From contig NC_087436.1 in the NCBI RefSeq assembly GCF_036321535.1, forward strand, positions 17,484,001 through 17,548,000: a stretch of DNA of 64,000 bases, read 5' to 3'. A program made the translations under genes and the position numbers. This document shows, piece after piece, positions 1-12,645 of this stretch (its first letter is position 1; every line of letters begins with the position of its first letter). The notes beneath the pieces are model-generated. The model was given only the letters and a program-made list of their open reading frames with translations. It searched no databases and had not been told where the DNA came from. The DNA comes from Camelus dromedarius (lineage: Eukaryota).

Positions 1-238
1 GCAAGAACAAAGAATTCTGACACCAAGAAGTTTGCAACAACCAACCACCCTCCCACCCTTTCTGGTATAAAAGGAGCCTGAATTCTGACTTGGGTAAGAT
101 GGTTCCCCAGGGCATTAGTCTGCCATCTTCTCGGTCTGCTGGCTTTCAGAATAAAGTCGTTATTCCTTGCCCCAATACCTCGTCTCCTGATTTATTGGGA
201 TGTCATGCGGTGAGCAGAATGAGTTTGGACTCGGTAAC
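1..238 (+). mobile_element. 3' part of an ERV (class I-like) LTR, solo or 3' LTR
   Basis: TATAAAA at ~66, AATAAA at ~150, terminal ...GGTAACA at 238; no tRNA primer-binding site follows. Confidence 0.75.
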
Positions 239-1349
239 ACTCAGTCCCTCTGGAGCATCACTTTTTCCTTTAATACCTAAATAAGACGGCTCAGGAGGAA
301 AGTCCTCAGAAGTCTCCCCTATTTGCTTGCATTTCCGAGGGGCTTCTGTCCTTGCCATCACTCCCTCTGATTTCCCACTCCCTTTCCTGCTCCTGCCTCT
401 GAGAGCTACTACCTCTATTCTTTCCAGCATTTCTTCCCCCAGAACAGACATTTCCCATGTGTTCCTTTAATTTACTAGGAATATAAGGCTATTGTATGTA
501 ACAGATTTTTCAAAATAATGTCATAAATAATAAGGGATAATTATAGCCCAGGGCAGGAAATAACTTTATATCTCAGTTCCTCAAAACTGAACCCAGTGGC
601 CTGCCTGCCGCCATATTGGATCCCTCTTCTTCCAAAATCCTTTCCCATCCTCCCCCTACTTTATTCCAAGTCCTGGGGACCAATATGAAAACCCCAAATT
701 CCTGACATTTTATTATCCAGATCACTTTTGCTTTTCTGTCCAAATCTCTCCTATCTCACTACCCCTAAGAGACCTTATGTTTTACAATTAAAAACAGCCC
801 ATTCTAGAGTTTTCCTAAACATGAATTTTTTCTCCCTCAAAAAAAACTCTACCTTCACCAGCACTAGTTAATTTGTCATCTCTACCATGAAATTAGAAGA
901 TCTCTGAGGGCTGGAACTCTTGTCTGGATAACCAGCAGCCAGCACAGTGATGGATGGGTAATAGATTCTCAGTAAACCAAGGAAGGAAGCAAAGAAATAC
1001 ATCTCTAATGGTGGAATATCAAATTGCAGGCACTTTTCCTGCATTTCTGAAATTGTATAGTGTCACTTCCTAGTTAAAAATTCCTCCAGTGAACTCTTTG
1101 GAGTAGATAAGCTTCCAGCATGTTCTTTTTGCTTTCTTCCTCCCTGTCTTAGAGGAGAAGGTCCCCCACTTGTCCACAGATATAACCCACATTCTCCAAT
1201 ATTTGTTTTACTAATAATAAAGTAGATATTTTAGTCATATTCCAACAAATATCAACTTTATTAGTAGTAAAGTGATTTTTTGGTCACATTCTCTATTCCT
1301 TCTCACAGTAATACAGTAGATATTTTGGTCTTTATAAAAAAGTTGCTCT

Positions 1350-1900
1350 TCAGCAATGGTGTTCCACTACACTCAGAATAAAGTCCAAATTCTGTGCCAT
1401 GTTCTGATCAACGAGGTCTTTCTCTGCAACTGTAACTCCCTCCACTCTTCCCTCCTGTACCACACTGTAGCCCCTCTCACCCTCTTCCTATTTCAGAGCC
1501 CTCATCAAACTCATTTCTGCTTTAGGGCTTTGCCTTTGGTTCTCCATCAGCCACCCTCCACCCCCCACTGCCAGCTGGCCTCTTTCTTGTCTTTTGGGTC
1601 TCAGCTCAAATGTTACCACCCCAGAGGAGTCCTTTGTGGTCACTCAAATCTCACACCACCTTCTGACTTTTTAATTACATCATCTTTTAAAAATTTTCTG
1701 TGTCACACATATCATGACTTAACATCACCTTGTTGTATGTTCAATAATTTATTTCATCTTATTTTCTACTCCTTGTCCACCACCAGTGGAAATATCAACT
1801 CCAGTAGGGCAACACTTTATTTTTCTCTATATTCCCAACCCCTAGAATAGCATGTGGCACATAGCAGGCACTTCATAGAGATCTGTAAAATGGATTTAAG
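1350..1900 (+). mobile_element. LINE-2 3' fragment
   Basis: CTCAGAATAAAGTCCAAA, CTCAGCTCAAATGTTACC and CCTAGAATAGCATGTGGCACATAGCAGGCAC resemble the L2 3' consensus. Confidence 0.75.
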
Positions 1901-2934
1901 AATAAATTTATTAACACCATAGAAATTTAAAAATCTTTCACTTAATTAAATTTTTAAATTTTTCATAAAAAAGAAATACAGAAATATACCACAACTTGAG
2001 ATAACAAATCTTAAAAAATAACATAAAATAAAGTAAATGAATAAAAAAATACAAGTGTTCATCTAATCTACTCATAGCTTAAGATATTAGGAAATTCAGA
2101 AGCAACCTTGAAGAACTATGTTTGCCTCAGAAACATTTATGTACATAATTCAAGTAATAACAGCTCATGAGTGCTCCACGATATACTTATAAAATCTGTC
2201 CAGCTACAGTTTCACATACTGCAGAATAATCTTAGATTTTCCTATAAACACACACTAATTGAGATCATCTTGGAAAATATGGCCACATTTTTATGCCAAT
2301 TCTTCACAGTCTACATTTGAATGGAAGATGACATAGACAGGGAAAGATGAAAGGCTTCAAGAAGCAGACAGTGATTCTCAGATATCTCTAGAAGTAATTG
2401 ATCTTTTCTAGTATCTCCCAACATGGATTTATTTCCCACATCATCTGGTCCACTCTTCTTTGGACTCCTCTTTAGGACTTATTAGATGTTAGTCTTCACC
2501 CTGGTAAAAGCTTGGGTTGTTTTTTACATGGCCTATATTAAAGATATGTTCTCCAGATTCTCTGTCCAATGTCAAAGTCCAAACTAGACTGGCCCAAGGG
2601 TAGTTCCTGTACACTCCATAGACTCAGTGTTCAATCTGGGTCACACTATAAAAGGTTCCCATTTCCCATTTCCTTTGTCTGGTGGCCTCTGGTTATATTT
2701 TCAGGGTCTATTTGCTTCCCAGGCTTTATCCACATAACCTGTTCTCTGTTCTCTGTCTAAGCTTGTTACCCATCCCTTCCCTTTATCCTTCCCTCTGCCC
2801 CCCACCACATTCCTACAGCCCTGGTTGAGATCTGGTCCCTTCAGTTTTCCAGGAAGAACGTTTTTACTCATTGCCATCACCAAAGTATCTTCTCTGATTA
2901 GTTATACTTCTCCCAAGGGTTTAGAAGAGCCAAG

Positions 2935-3232
2935 TAAACCTTGAAGACACTACATTGAGTGAAATAAGCTAGTCCCCAAAAAGGACAATTAGTGTATGGT
3001 TTCACTTATAAGAGCTACCAATAGTAGTCAAACTCATGGAAACAAAGTGGGTGGCCAGGGTGTTGGGGCAAGGGTGAAAGGGGCGGTTGTTGTTTAATGG
3101 GTGTAGAGCTTGCCCATTCTGCAAGATGGAAGAGTTCTGGAGATCTGCTTCACAACAATGTGAATATACCTAATGGTACTGAAATGTACACTTAAAAATT
3201 TTAAGTTATACACGTTTTATCCCAATTAAAAC
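2935..3232 (+). mobile_element. Old L1 (L1MB-like) 3' UTR fragment
   Basis: AGTGAAATAAGCTAG...GCAAGATGGAAGAGTTCTGGAGATCTG...ACAACAATGTGAATATAC...TACACTTAAAAA. Confidence 0.75.
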
Positions 3233-5759
3233 AAGACAAAACAAAGCAAGTAAGCAAGTAAATTGCTGTAATCCCAGGCAATATTCCCAGGAACTGGTAC
3301 TCTCCAACCATGTGCAATATCCCATTTTTATCTTCCTTTCAATCTGTGGGAAGTAAACCTCTCTCACAATCCACCAAGGTACTGCTTGACTTCAGAAATC
3401 CCCTTCCCTCCACGGTGCCCATCATTTTAACAATGGAGCACACTATTTCATTTTGGAGTTATCTATTAGACTTTGGATTCAGATGACTATTTAATCACTG
3501 CTCCTTTATCCTTCCTTCCCCTTAGATCCCTTTACTCCTCTGTGGAGCTTCACTCTGCTTCCATGAGCACATGTGCAAACAGCCTTCTTCCTATTTGCAT
3601 TTCACTTCCACCCACGGCCAAACCCTCTCCCAAGCTGCACTCTAAACTCAGAACATCCTCCCTATCTAAGCTCATCTACTTTTCTCCCTCCCTTTACTTA
3701 AATGGCTCCTAAAAGCCTGTTTTCATAAAAAGTCTTTCTAGAACAATTAATATTATGTATTTATAGTTTATTTTCCAGTGGCTTCCAAAAAAGAATTTAT
3801 GGCCTATATGATCAGTAGGGGAAAAATTACTCTTCTTATGTACAACATAAATTGTATCTCACAACCTACTATGCTTATCTCTCTGACTTAAGGAACTTAA
3901 AATTTTTACTTAATTATATTCTTAATATCAATTTATTTATTACCAGTACCACTATCATCCCATACTAAACATTCTGGAAGACACTGGAAATGATACATAC
4001 CACCTATTATGAAATTTACAGTGTGTAAAGCACTTATACTAGAGCACTTTATAAAGGACCTCATTTTTATAATAACCCCTCAAATGTGGGGAAAAGAATT
4101 AAACTTTTAAATCGTGTATCTCCCAACCTGAAAAAAAATAAGTAATAAAACTTTATTCATATTTAAAATACAAGTTGGCAGCAGTCTCTGGATTAGACTT
4201 CTGGGGAATGTGGGTCTACTGTTTTGCCATCATCATCATCTTTTGTATCTAGCACAGTTGTGGGCACATGATGAACACTCATTATATATACTCATTCTGT
4301 ATTTGGTGGATGAATGAATAAATGATTGCAGAAAGTTTTCTGAGATCACATCAAGGGTGGATCCTAAAATTGGGGTTTAATTCAGCCCTCTCAGACATTA
4401 CTAATTTTTTTATTTTTATTTTTTCTTTTTATTCAGAAGTAAAGAACTTCTTAGCTCTTACCATAATCATATTCATTATTGCCAATATCCCTTTTCACGT
4501 TACTATTAATTACTATCTTTAATTTTATAGGTTATGAGTTGAATTTAATAATGACTCAAAAAGAGGGACCTACAAGATAGGTGAGCTTCCAAAAGGTGGC
4601 AGTAGAGTGTCAATCACATGACCCGAGCTGGAAGGCCTTCAACACCTGGTTAATTCGCTTGACATAGAGAAAGTATACTTTATCTCCTTTTAGTTCCAAA
4701 ATTAATGTATTATTTTAAAAAAACTTAAACTGTATTAACTATTATAGCAGAAAATATTTTGAATATACTTTTGAAAGAAAAAAACAAACTCCAAGGTCAA
4801 GTGCAAGGGCTTCTTCACTCGTTCTGCCTCTTGAGACAATCCAAATCACCTCTCAGTGGCTTGTTCTCCAGTATCAAGCTTGTTCCAACCAAATTTCCCT
4901 GAGCAGCTTATTTGTTGGAAGATTTTGTCTCCTCTTTTTCTCAGCCTATTCACCTTTCCCACACTTTGCAAACTAATGAAAGATATGCCCTCTGTCTACC
5001 TTTCAAAGAGTTGGATTGTTTCTGTGCACTGCAAAATCAAAAAGTAGAAGAAATAGGTGCAGCAGAGCACGATGTTGCTGAGACAGGTTTTACTCAATCA
5101 AAGAAAGTATTTACATTTTCTTCATGTTAGTTTTCTCCATCCCACTTGTCAAGATTCTATTTCCCCAACTCATAGCTCACTGAATGCATGTATGGGCAAA
5201 AGCCAAAACAGAGTTCCATACTGAAGGGGACACTGGAGGTTCAAAACAAGGGAGTAAACTTATTTATTAAGCAAAGTTCAAGATCCATTACAGAAATGGA
5301 GCAGAAAAAAAATCAACATCTAAAAGACACAGAGAAAAGATCAAGTCACTTTTAGGGAGCTGGAAGTCATTCAGAATGTCAAGATGAACGTATGATTTCC
5401 ATCAGCACCTACTTGTCTGCAGGCCCCTATTAATGAAATTTCCATGCCTCGGGTTTCTTGCTCCCTAGTCAGCAATGTTTTCTATCATATAAATCTTTGA
5501 CCACCTCCTCATTGACCAGAGCTGGTTAAACTAGGGTTGGCACTAACTCAGTAACAGCCAGTCTTCCTGCTGGCTAGTGACATATGATCCCTGGCTTGGC
5601 ATCGAAAAATAAACTGGTCCAGTAAGTTTCCTTTCTCAGAAATTTGAACTAAGAACATTAAGAAAGGGAGTGAGATATGAGCAAGAATTGAAACTGAGAT
5701 AGCTATAATGAGACATATACATGATAAAATGATGAAGAAATGGAAGTGTTTGGTAAGGA

Positions 5760-6065
5760 TAAAAAAAAGCATAAATACAGAATAGAAATAGACTCATAGA
5801 TATAGAATACAGACTTGTGGTTGCCAAGGGGGTGGGGGGTGGGAAGAGATAGACTGGGATTTCAAAATTGTAGAATAGATAAACAAGATTATACTGTATA
5901 TCACAGGGAAATATATACAAGATCTTATGGTAGCTCACAGAGAAAGGAATGTGACAATGAATATATATATATGTTCATGTATAATTGAAAAATTGTGCTC
6001 TACAATGGAATTTGACACAACATTGTAAAATGATTATAAATCAATAAAAATTTTTATAAAAAAAA
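5760..6065 (+). mobile_element. Young lineage-specific L1 3' end
   Basis: G-rich tract, ATTTGACACAACATTGTAAAATGATTATAAATCAATAAAA and A tail; closely similar to the copies at 57.8, 59.7 and 62.9 kb. Confidence 0.85.
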
Positions 6066-6400
6066 GTCAAGTAAGAAAGAAAAATGTAACAGATATGCAG
6101 AGATCAGCAAAGCATACTCCTCTAAGAGCTTTTTTAAAATGCACTTTTTTTCTTAATCTGTCCCACAACTTTACCATCATAAGCATTAACAACAAAGAGA
6201 TGTGGCTAACCTGGCCATGGTCCACTGCACTACCTTTGTTTTTCCTACTACTATTGTAGCAAGCTTTCAAAGTGCCTCTGCATCTCTCTTCTCATTCTGT
6301 TGTCCAAAGCAGCCCATTTTACAGATTATAAAATTGAGGAACTGAGAAGATAAGTAACTGGGCCAAGTGAGTTTTTGGTGACCTTCAGCAAGGAACTTAC

Positions 6401-6424
6401 TTTTTTTTTTTTTTTTTTTTTTTT
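6401..6424. repeat. poly(T)24
   Basis: direct reading. Confidence 0.95.
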
Positions 6425-7068
6425 ACTTTTTTGACATTATTCACTTCACTGAACCATGACTATATTATAGGACTTACGTTAGCATCAGTCAGATCCTACT
6501 TTTTCACTGGCCAGAGGTATTTTGCCTCCATGCCCTGCTTCTCATTCAGATTATCAGTTACATACTATAAATTATTAAATGCCTAAAAGTATAAGGCAAC
6601 ATTTTTAATATTTAGCTTAATAACTTTCTAGAGTGTGCCATTATTCTGCTGCTGCCATTCCACTGAGCTTCGTGTAAATGACATTATTAAACTGCACCAG
6701 CAGCACAAACTTTCCTTCTTTAAATCATGCACTTCAGAATATTTTATTAATAAAGTCTTTGCAATAGAAGTCTTTCCATCACTTACTCTTTCTCACCAAA
6801 CAAAACGAACAAAAAATAATTTGCTCTAGGCCTTTAATAAGGGCTAATTGGAAAATTAATCATAAAATTTCTATAGCAGTGACGAAGTTGCTTTGGAATG
6901 CTTCTAAGTATTTAATTGAGTATCCTTTGCTGTAAGTATCAAGTCCTAAAAGTATGATAGAAGGAGGAACAATCTAAGTAAATACATATCCTGGTAAATT
7001 TCAAAATGGCTAAGAATTGGTTAAAATAATTTGTAAAATTGTGTTAATTGCTCTGTTCGTCTCCAGTT

Positions 7069-7082
7069 GTTGCCATGGAAAT
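7069..7082. promoter_or_regulatory. RFX X-box-like motif
   Basis: GTTGCCATGGAAAT, one mismatch to GTTGCCATGGAAAC, in non-repeat sequence. Confidence 0.35.
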
Positions 7083-8229
7083 AAGTACACAGTTAAAACA
7101 CGTACATATGTGGACACAAACACAAGCTCACAGGATATTTTGTACTTATACATTTATCCACATTCTCATTATGTTCCACACAAATGAAAAATTCTCAGTA
7201 ATCTCATTGCTGTTACTCTCAGAAATTTGTAAAAAGTAAAGTAAAACATGGAACTGGTAAACCATAGAGAAACTTTTCAAAATAGCATATCCCACAAAAC
7301 CCAGATATTTAAAATAAGCATGTGTGAGTATATAATGTGAGATTCCACATAATGTTTTATTCAAACCTAATCAGAGTGAAGTCTTCGTGAGTAGGAGGGA
7401 TTTCGCTCAGAGCAGCTGTGTCTTCGAGCTGCATCCTTGCTGAACTTGAAGGTTAACAGGTAGGTGTCAAAGACACCCAGGCCCCTCCAAGGCTGGCATT
7501 ATGAGTTCTTTGTGATTGTGCGGGGGATGCATTAGCATGACCCTGTAGCTACAGGACTGCGGGGAACCAAAGCCCCACCCTTGGATATTATTGCATTACA
7601 GCTTTGGCTGACACTCCGAGGCAGGGAGCCACAGGATAACAAAATACGCTTTTAAATTTCCAAAACCTCATTCGCATTAAGAATCTCAGAGGAAGAAAGT
7701 TCTGATTGAAGAACCACAGCTGTCCCTTTCAGTCGTCCCTCTGGACTTTCAAGGAAGCAGCTGGTAACTGGCCTGTCCCCACACTTTCAGTTCTCAGGAT
7801 CCTGGGTAACAGAGCAATTCAACTTATTACTGTTCGAGGAAAACCTGGCTAGTGCAGCCCAGCTGATGGAGCCAGAGATGGTCTTCCTGATATGGCCTGA
7901 GAACCTCGGTAATATTTTAACCCAGGATTGCAAATAAACCACTTACATGCTACTGACTTAGGGGGTCGGTAATGATTTTTACTTGAAGAGTTAATTTCAT
8001 TTTCCTTAGCACTAAAGCCTCTTGGCTGTCGGGGTGAGAGTCAGGAAGGGCGGGCAGAGGATGGCTTGTTCTAAGGGTCTGCAGCAAAGTTTATAAATTA
8101 AAGACACTATTAACCAAACATCTGCCTCTGTCAGTTTCTCTCTTTCCTTCTCCCTCTGTCTCCTTCCCTCCTTCTCTCACCAATTCTCTTAGAATCTAAG
8201 GCTCCTAAGAATTTTTAATTTTTTAAGAA

Positions 8230-9360
8230 TTGACTACAGATTGAAGTCATGTGCCACCAAATTGTCCCCCAGAAAGACTGATGCCAAGTGACCTTCTCAC
8301 CAGCAGGATCTGAGCTAGACCACCTTGCAGTAATCTCACCAGCTTTGTAACCAACACTTGCCCACCGTTGCCAATTTCATAAAGGAACATATTCCTCTCT
8401 TTTGTTTTACTAGAGTCCATTTTGCCAATAGTTTAACTGATCATTTTCGTAAATCTAGCCTTTGAAACTGTTTATGAGTATGTTTCATAGTAGTAAATCA
8501 ATCTTGCATTCTTAGGATTAAATCTATAAGATGATAATGAATGATTCTGTAAATATCCTGCCAGCCTTCGTTTGATCTCTGTTATTTAGGATTTCAACAA
8601 GTTTATGAATCAGGGACATTGGTCTCTGACATCTCTCTGGTAGCTGAGGACTGGAGCAGTCACCAGTGCCTGGAACACCAGCAGGCCAAACACTGTGAGG
8701 AGTTTTTAGGTGCACAGTGTGGTAAAGAAAATATAAGGAAGAGTGTGTCTCATGGCCAAAATAAATTACAGAAGCTTATAACTCATTTTAGTATATTATT
8801 GATCCTAATATATCCTATCTTAAAGAACTCTGTTAAGATTTGTTTTATCTGTGGTTTATTACATTCATTTGGCTGAATATATGAAATGCTTTCTGTATAG
8901 AATAACTCAAATTCTGACAGGACATTTGAGTGTTTAATATTTTGAAGAGGGTATAGGTTTCTTTTGTTCTGTATTTGCCATAAGTATTATGCCAGTTTCA
9001 AAAAACTGAACCATCTTTTCCTCAAAAAGGGCTTAAATGGAAAGCATATCATTTGTTCCTTGAAAGTTTGAAAGAATATTTCCATGAAATCAACTAGCCT
9101 CAGTGACTTTTGTTAACAATTATTTTACTGATTTTTCAATTTCTTTTCAGTTATTTATATATTTTGGTTTTCAACTCTTCACAGATACTTTCAGAAATTC
9201 TTTTTTCAAAAAAAGTCTATGTCATTAAATTTTCAAATTAATATGTAAATTGTATACACATACTTGATGTTTAAAAAATTTTGTCACTCCTTGCTATATT
9301 CACTTTTATTTACAATATTTTATTAGCATTTTCTCTCCTTTTTTTACTAAACCTTCCAAA
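8230..9360 (-). mobile_element. Highly diverged old L1 fragments
   Basis: CAAATTGTCCCCCAGAAAG...CTTCTCACCAGCAG and TTGTTCCTTGAAAGTTTGAAAGAAT resemble antisense L1ME/ORF2. Confidence 0.45.
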
Positions 9361-9364
9361 GTGT

Positions 9365-10820
9365 TTATTTTTAATTGTTTTCCAGTTTTATTGAGATACA
9401 GTTAACATACAATACGGGGAGTCTTCCATCCTCTTCAATTTTTTGGAATAGTTTGAGGACGGGTATTAACTCTCTTTTATGTTTGGTAGAATTTCCCTGC
9501 TATGCTGTCTGGTCCTGGACTTTTGTTTGCTGGGAGCTTTTTATTACAAGTTCAATTTTGCAGTTCGAATCCAGTGATTGGCCTGTTCAGATTGTCGACT
9601 TCTTCCTGATTCAGTCTTGGGAGGTTGTATGTTTCTAGAAATTTGTCCATTTATTCTAGGTTGTCCAATTTGTTGGCATATGACTATTTGTAGTATCTTT
9701 TTATGAGTTTTTATATTCCTGTGATTTTTTTTTACTCTCCTTTCTCATGCTTTGTGTTTCTGATGTCATATTTTACATCTTCATGTTTATCCCTTTACTA
9801 CTTATTGTAATTATAGTTGATTTTATAATTTTTTGTGTTTTGATCTTTGTACCAGCTTATTTAAAGTGGTTGATCACACACCTCACGAGTGGAGTCTCGG
9901 CTTCCCACAACCCTCCTGTCCGTCCCACCAGCCTTTTAACCAGACAAGGGAACTTGTCTTCCCTATGTTGGACCCCAGGGCTGGGGCACCCAATATGTTA
10001 CTTGAACCACTCAATCCCCAGGGAGGATCTCCACCAGCGCAATTTTCATTTTCCTCTGAGTCCCCTCCTAGTGGCTCAAGTCCTGACTTGATCATTTCTC
10101 TTCCCTTCCTACCCAGTTCTGTGTGGATCTGTCTTACAGCTTTTGTTGTACAGGTAGCTTTTTGCCAGTCTCCAGTTAGTTTCCAGTGATAATAGTTACA
10201 CATGAAGATGTATTTTTGATGTGTTTGTTGTAGGGGGGAGCTGAGTTCTGAATCTTCCTACTTTGCTATCTTGATTGACAACCCCCCATCTCGTTTAGAT
10301 ACAATAAATAGAAAAAGCAAATAAATCTTTTCTTCTTGTGAGAACTCTTAAGATTTACTCTCCTAAATGTTAGCTATAGTCATCATGTTGTCCATTACAT
10401 GCCCAGTATCAATATATCTTTTGACCCTCTTCCTCCAATTTCTCCTGCCCACCCCCACCACTTCCCTCCTCTGATAACCACAAATCTGATCCTTTTTTAT
10501 CTGACTTTCAGAGTTTTTTGTAGTTTTTCTTGTTTTTGTAGACACCACATACAAGTGAGAACATATAGTATTTGTCTTTCCCTGTTTGATTCTTTCACTT
10601 AGCATAATGCCTTCAAGGTTCATCCATTTTGTCACAAATGGTAGGATTTTCTCATTTTTATGGCCGAATAATATTCTATTGTGTATATATACCACAAATT
10701 CTTTATTCATCCATCAGTGGACACTTAGGACATTTCCATGTCTTGGCTACTGTAAATAATGCTACTGTGAACACAGGGGTGCAGGGATCTTTTGGGGTTA
10801 GTGTTTTCATTTCCTTCCAC
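9365..10820 (-). mobile_element. L1MA9-like 3' end, split by a second L1 segment
   Basis: Tail CCAGTTTTATTGAGATACAG at ~9380 resumes at ~10290 (GATACAATAAATAG...GAGAACTCTTAAGATTTACTCT); ORF 10363..10710 reads ILPFVTKWMNLEGIMLSE (L1 ORF2 C-terminus). Confidence 0.75.
9415..10280 (-). mobile_element. Internally deleted L1: ORF2 piece plus 5' UTR
   Basis: 9415-9740 antisense ORF2 (TTTTGGAATAGTTTGAGG, TCAGTCTTGGGAGGTTGTATG); 9890-10275 L1 5'UTR-like, ending in CTTTGCTATCTTGA (decayed GCCATCTTG YY1 site). Confidence 0.65.
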
Positions 10821-11099
10821 AGCACTTTTAAAATCTTTCCTTTTCTATGATTTTATTATTTAATCTTCACCACTTTACTTAGGTGTATCTATTTATAGTT
10901 TTCTTTATTTGAATGCTACAAAATTTCTTCATGTTCCCTCTTTATTCATTAATTAATATAAAAGTAAAGTCTCTGGATCTGTTTTTGAGTAAGATTGTCA
11001 ATATTTTATAAATTTTGGTATATAATGGTCTCTTATGTGTTCTTTTCCAAGTTGTTTATTAATGTATTATTGGTTTCTTTTACAGTTCAAGATTATTTA

Positions 11100-11500
11100 G
11101 AAGAATATCCATTGACAGGTGATTCAATAAAGAAATCATGGTGCAGCTATACAATGGAATACTACTCAGCAATAAAAAGGGCCAAACTACTGATACATGT
11201 AACAATATAAATGAATCTCAAAAGCGTTATGTTAAGTGAAAGAACCCAGACTCCATAGGCTAGATGATGTATAACTCCATTTATATGGTATTTGCTAAAA
11301 TTAAAACTCTAGGGCCAGAAAACAGATTGTCCAGGGTGGGAGTGGAGAGAGGCATTTAACCTCAAAAGGGTGTGGAAATATCCTGTGTCTTTACTGTAGT
11401 GGTGCTTACACAACTCTATAAATTTGTCAAAAGTAATAGACTTGCACACTTAAAGGGTAAATTTTACTATATATAGACCAATCAACCTGACTAAAAAATA
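11100..11500 (+). mobile_element. Old L1 (L1MB/MC-like) 3' fragment
   Basis: ACAATGGAATACTACTCAGCAATAAAAAGG, ATGAATCTCAAAAGCGTTATGTTAAGTGAAAGA. Confidence 0.75.
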
Positions 11501-11524
11501 ATTAATTTGTAATACAACCTATAT

Positions 11525-11612
11525 AAATATAATCCACAAAAATAAAAACTCTCAGATCCTCAATAATATTTTAGAGGGTAAAAAGATCCTGAGATCAAAA
11601 AGTTAGAACCAT
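11525..11612. mobile_element. hAT-Charlie terminal fragment
   Basis: TCCTCAATAATATTTTAGAGGGTAAAAAGATCCTGAGATCAAAAAGTTAGAACCA resembles a Charlie1-type end. Confidence 0.5.
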
Positions 11613-11799
11613 TTTACAGATCATAATGAATAATATAATTTTTATTTATTTTTCATTTAGTTTATTATATTTGGTTAAAGCAGCATACTATTGGATTTTT
11701 AAAATCTAATCTGAATGTCTTCAGCTTTTAAGACTAGAAAGTGTAATTAGTATTAAAAATATTTTTCCTTACTCCAGTCTTCTTATTTTACCTTTTTTA

Positions 11800-11870
11800 A
11801 AACTCTACCTTTTGCTATGTGCAATTTAAATTTTCTCCCTTTAAATTGCACGTAGCAAAAGGTAAAGTTT
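11800..11870. repeat. Inverted repeat, 31-bp arms with 9-nt loop
   Basis: AAACTCTACCTTTTGCTATGTGCAATTTAAA / TTTAAATTGCACGTAGCAAAAGGTAAAGTTT; 29 of 31 positions complementary. Confidence 0.95.
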
Positions 11871-12211
11871 GTGGCTATCTGAATTAAATTTTAAGTTTTT
11901 CAAACACAAGTATAGCTTTTCTAATTATCAGGGTAAAAAATAAAATAATGTTTTTTATCTTTCCCATATGCCTTGTGAAATCAGAAATTAATCCATTTAT
12001 CCATCCTATCTTACTCTAATCTCTGGTTTTGAGACATGGGCTATTATCATAATTCAGATTTTTTACATTATGTACATTAAAATCATGCATTCTGTTTTAA
12101 AACATATTAAGAATAATCATAAATATATAAATAAATATTTACTAAGCTACTTTCTTTCTTATTTATTCATCTTATCCCCTCCATTATCAAATGTTGCATG
12201 ATTTACTTGTG

Positions 12212-12645
12212 TGTAGTGGGGGATCGTTGTGCATCCTCCATCTGTTTATCATGTCCTTTCTCCATGCTATTTACTCTGTCCTGAGGGGTTGGCCTGAATA
12301 ACTTACACCACTGGGATCCCTGCTCTGAGTTTCCTGTTGGATTTGGCTTACAGGGCTAAGAGTTTGGAGGAGAAAGGGGAGCGAGATTAACATATATTTT
12401 CCCCTTGTGAGTTTGCATCAAGCTGGTATATTTTTTAGCAGAAAGTCATTGATCATCTCAAAGTGGCCTTATCTACATAACATACTCACATTTTGGATTC
12501 AATAATCTCTCTCTCCACCTCTTTTCCCCTTGGGCTCATAAGTAGTGACACACATCTCATCCACCCCTTTGTAATTAGTCTCTCTGTAAGTAAATTCTCA
12601 TTTGAGCCTAATTTGAGTCTCCATCTATCTTGTGTACCGGTTATT
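12212..12645 (+). mobile_element. ERVL LTR (LTR33-like)
   Basis: TG start; TTCCTGTTGGATTTGGC and CACCCCTTTGTAATTAGTC...CTAATTTGAGTCTCCATCT resemble the LTR33 family. Confidence 0.55.

Noticed and set aside
1356..1850. 164-aa ORF
   Set aside because: Lies wholly within a decayed L2 and shows no recognisable protein features.
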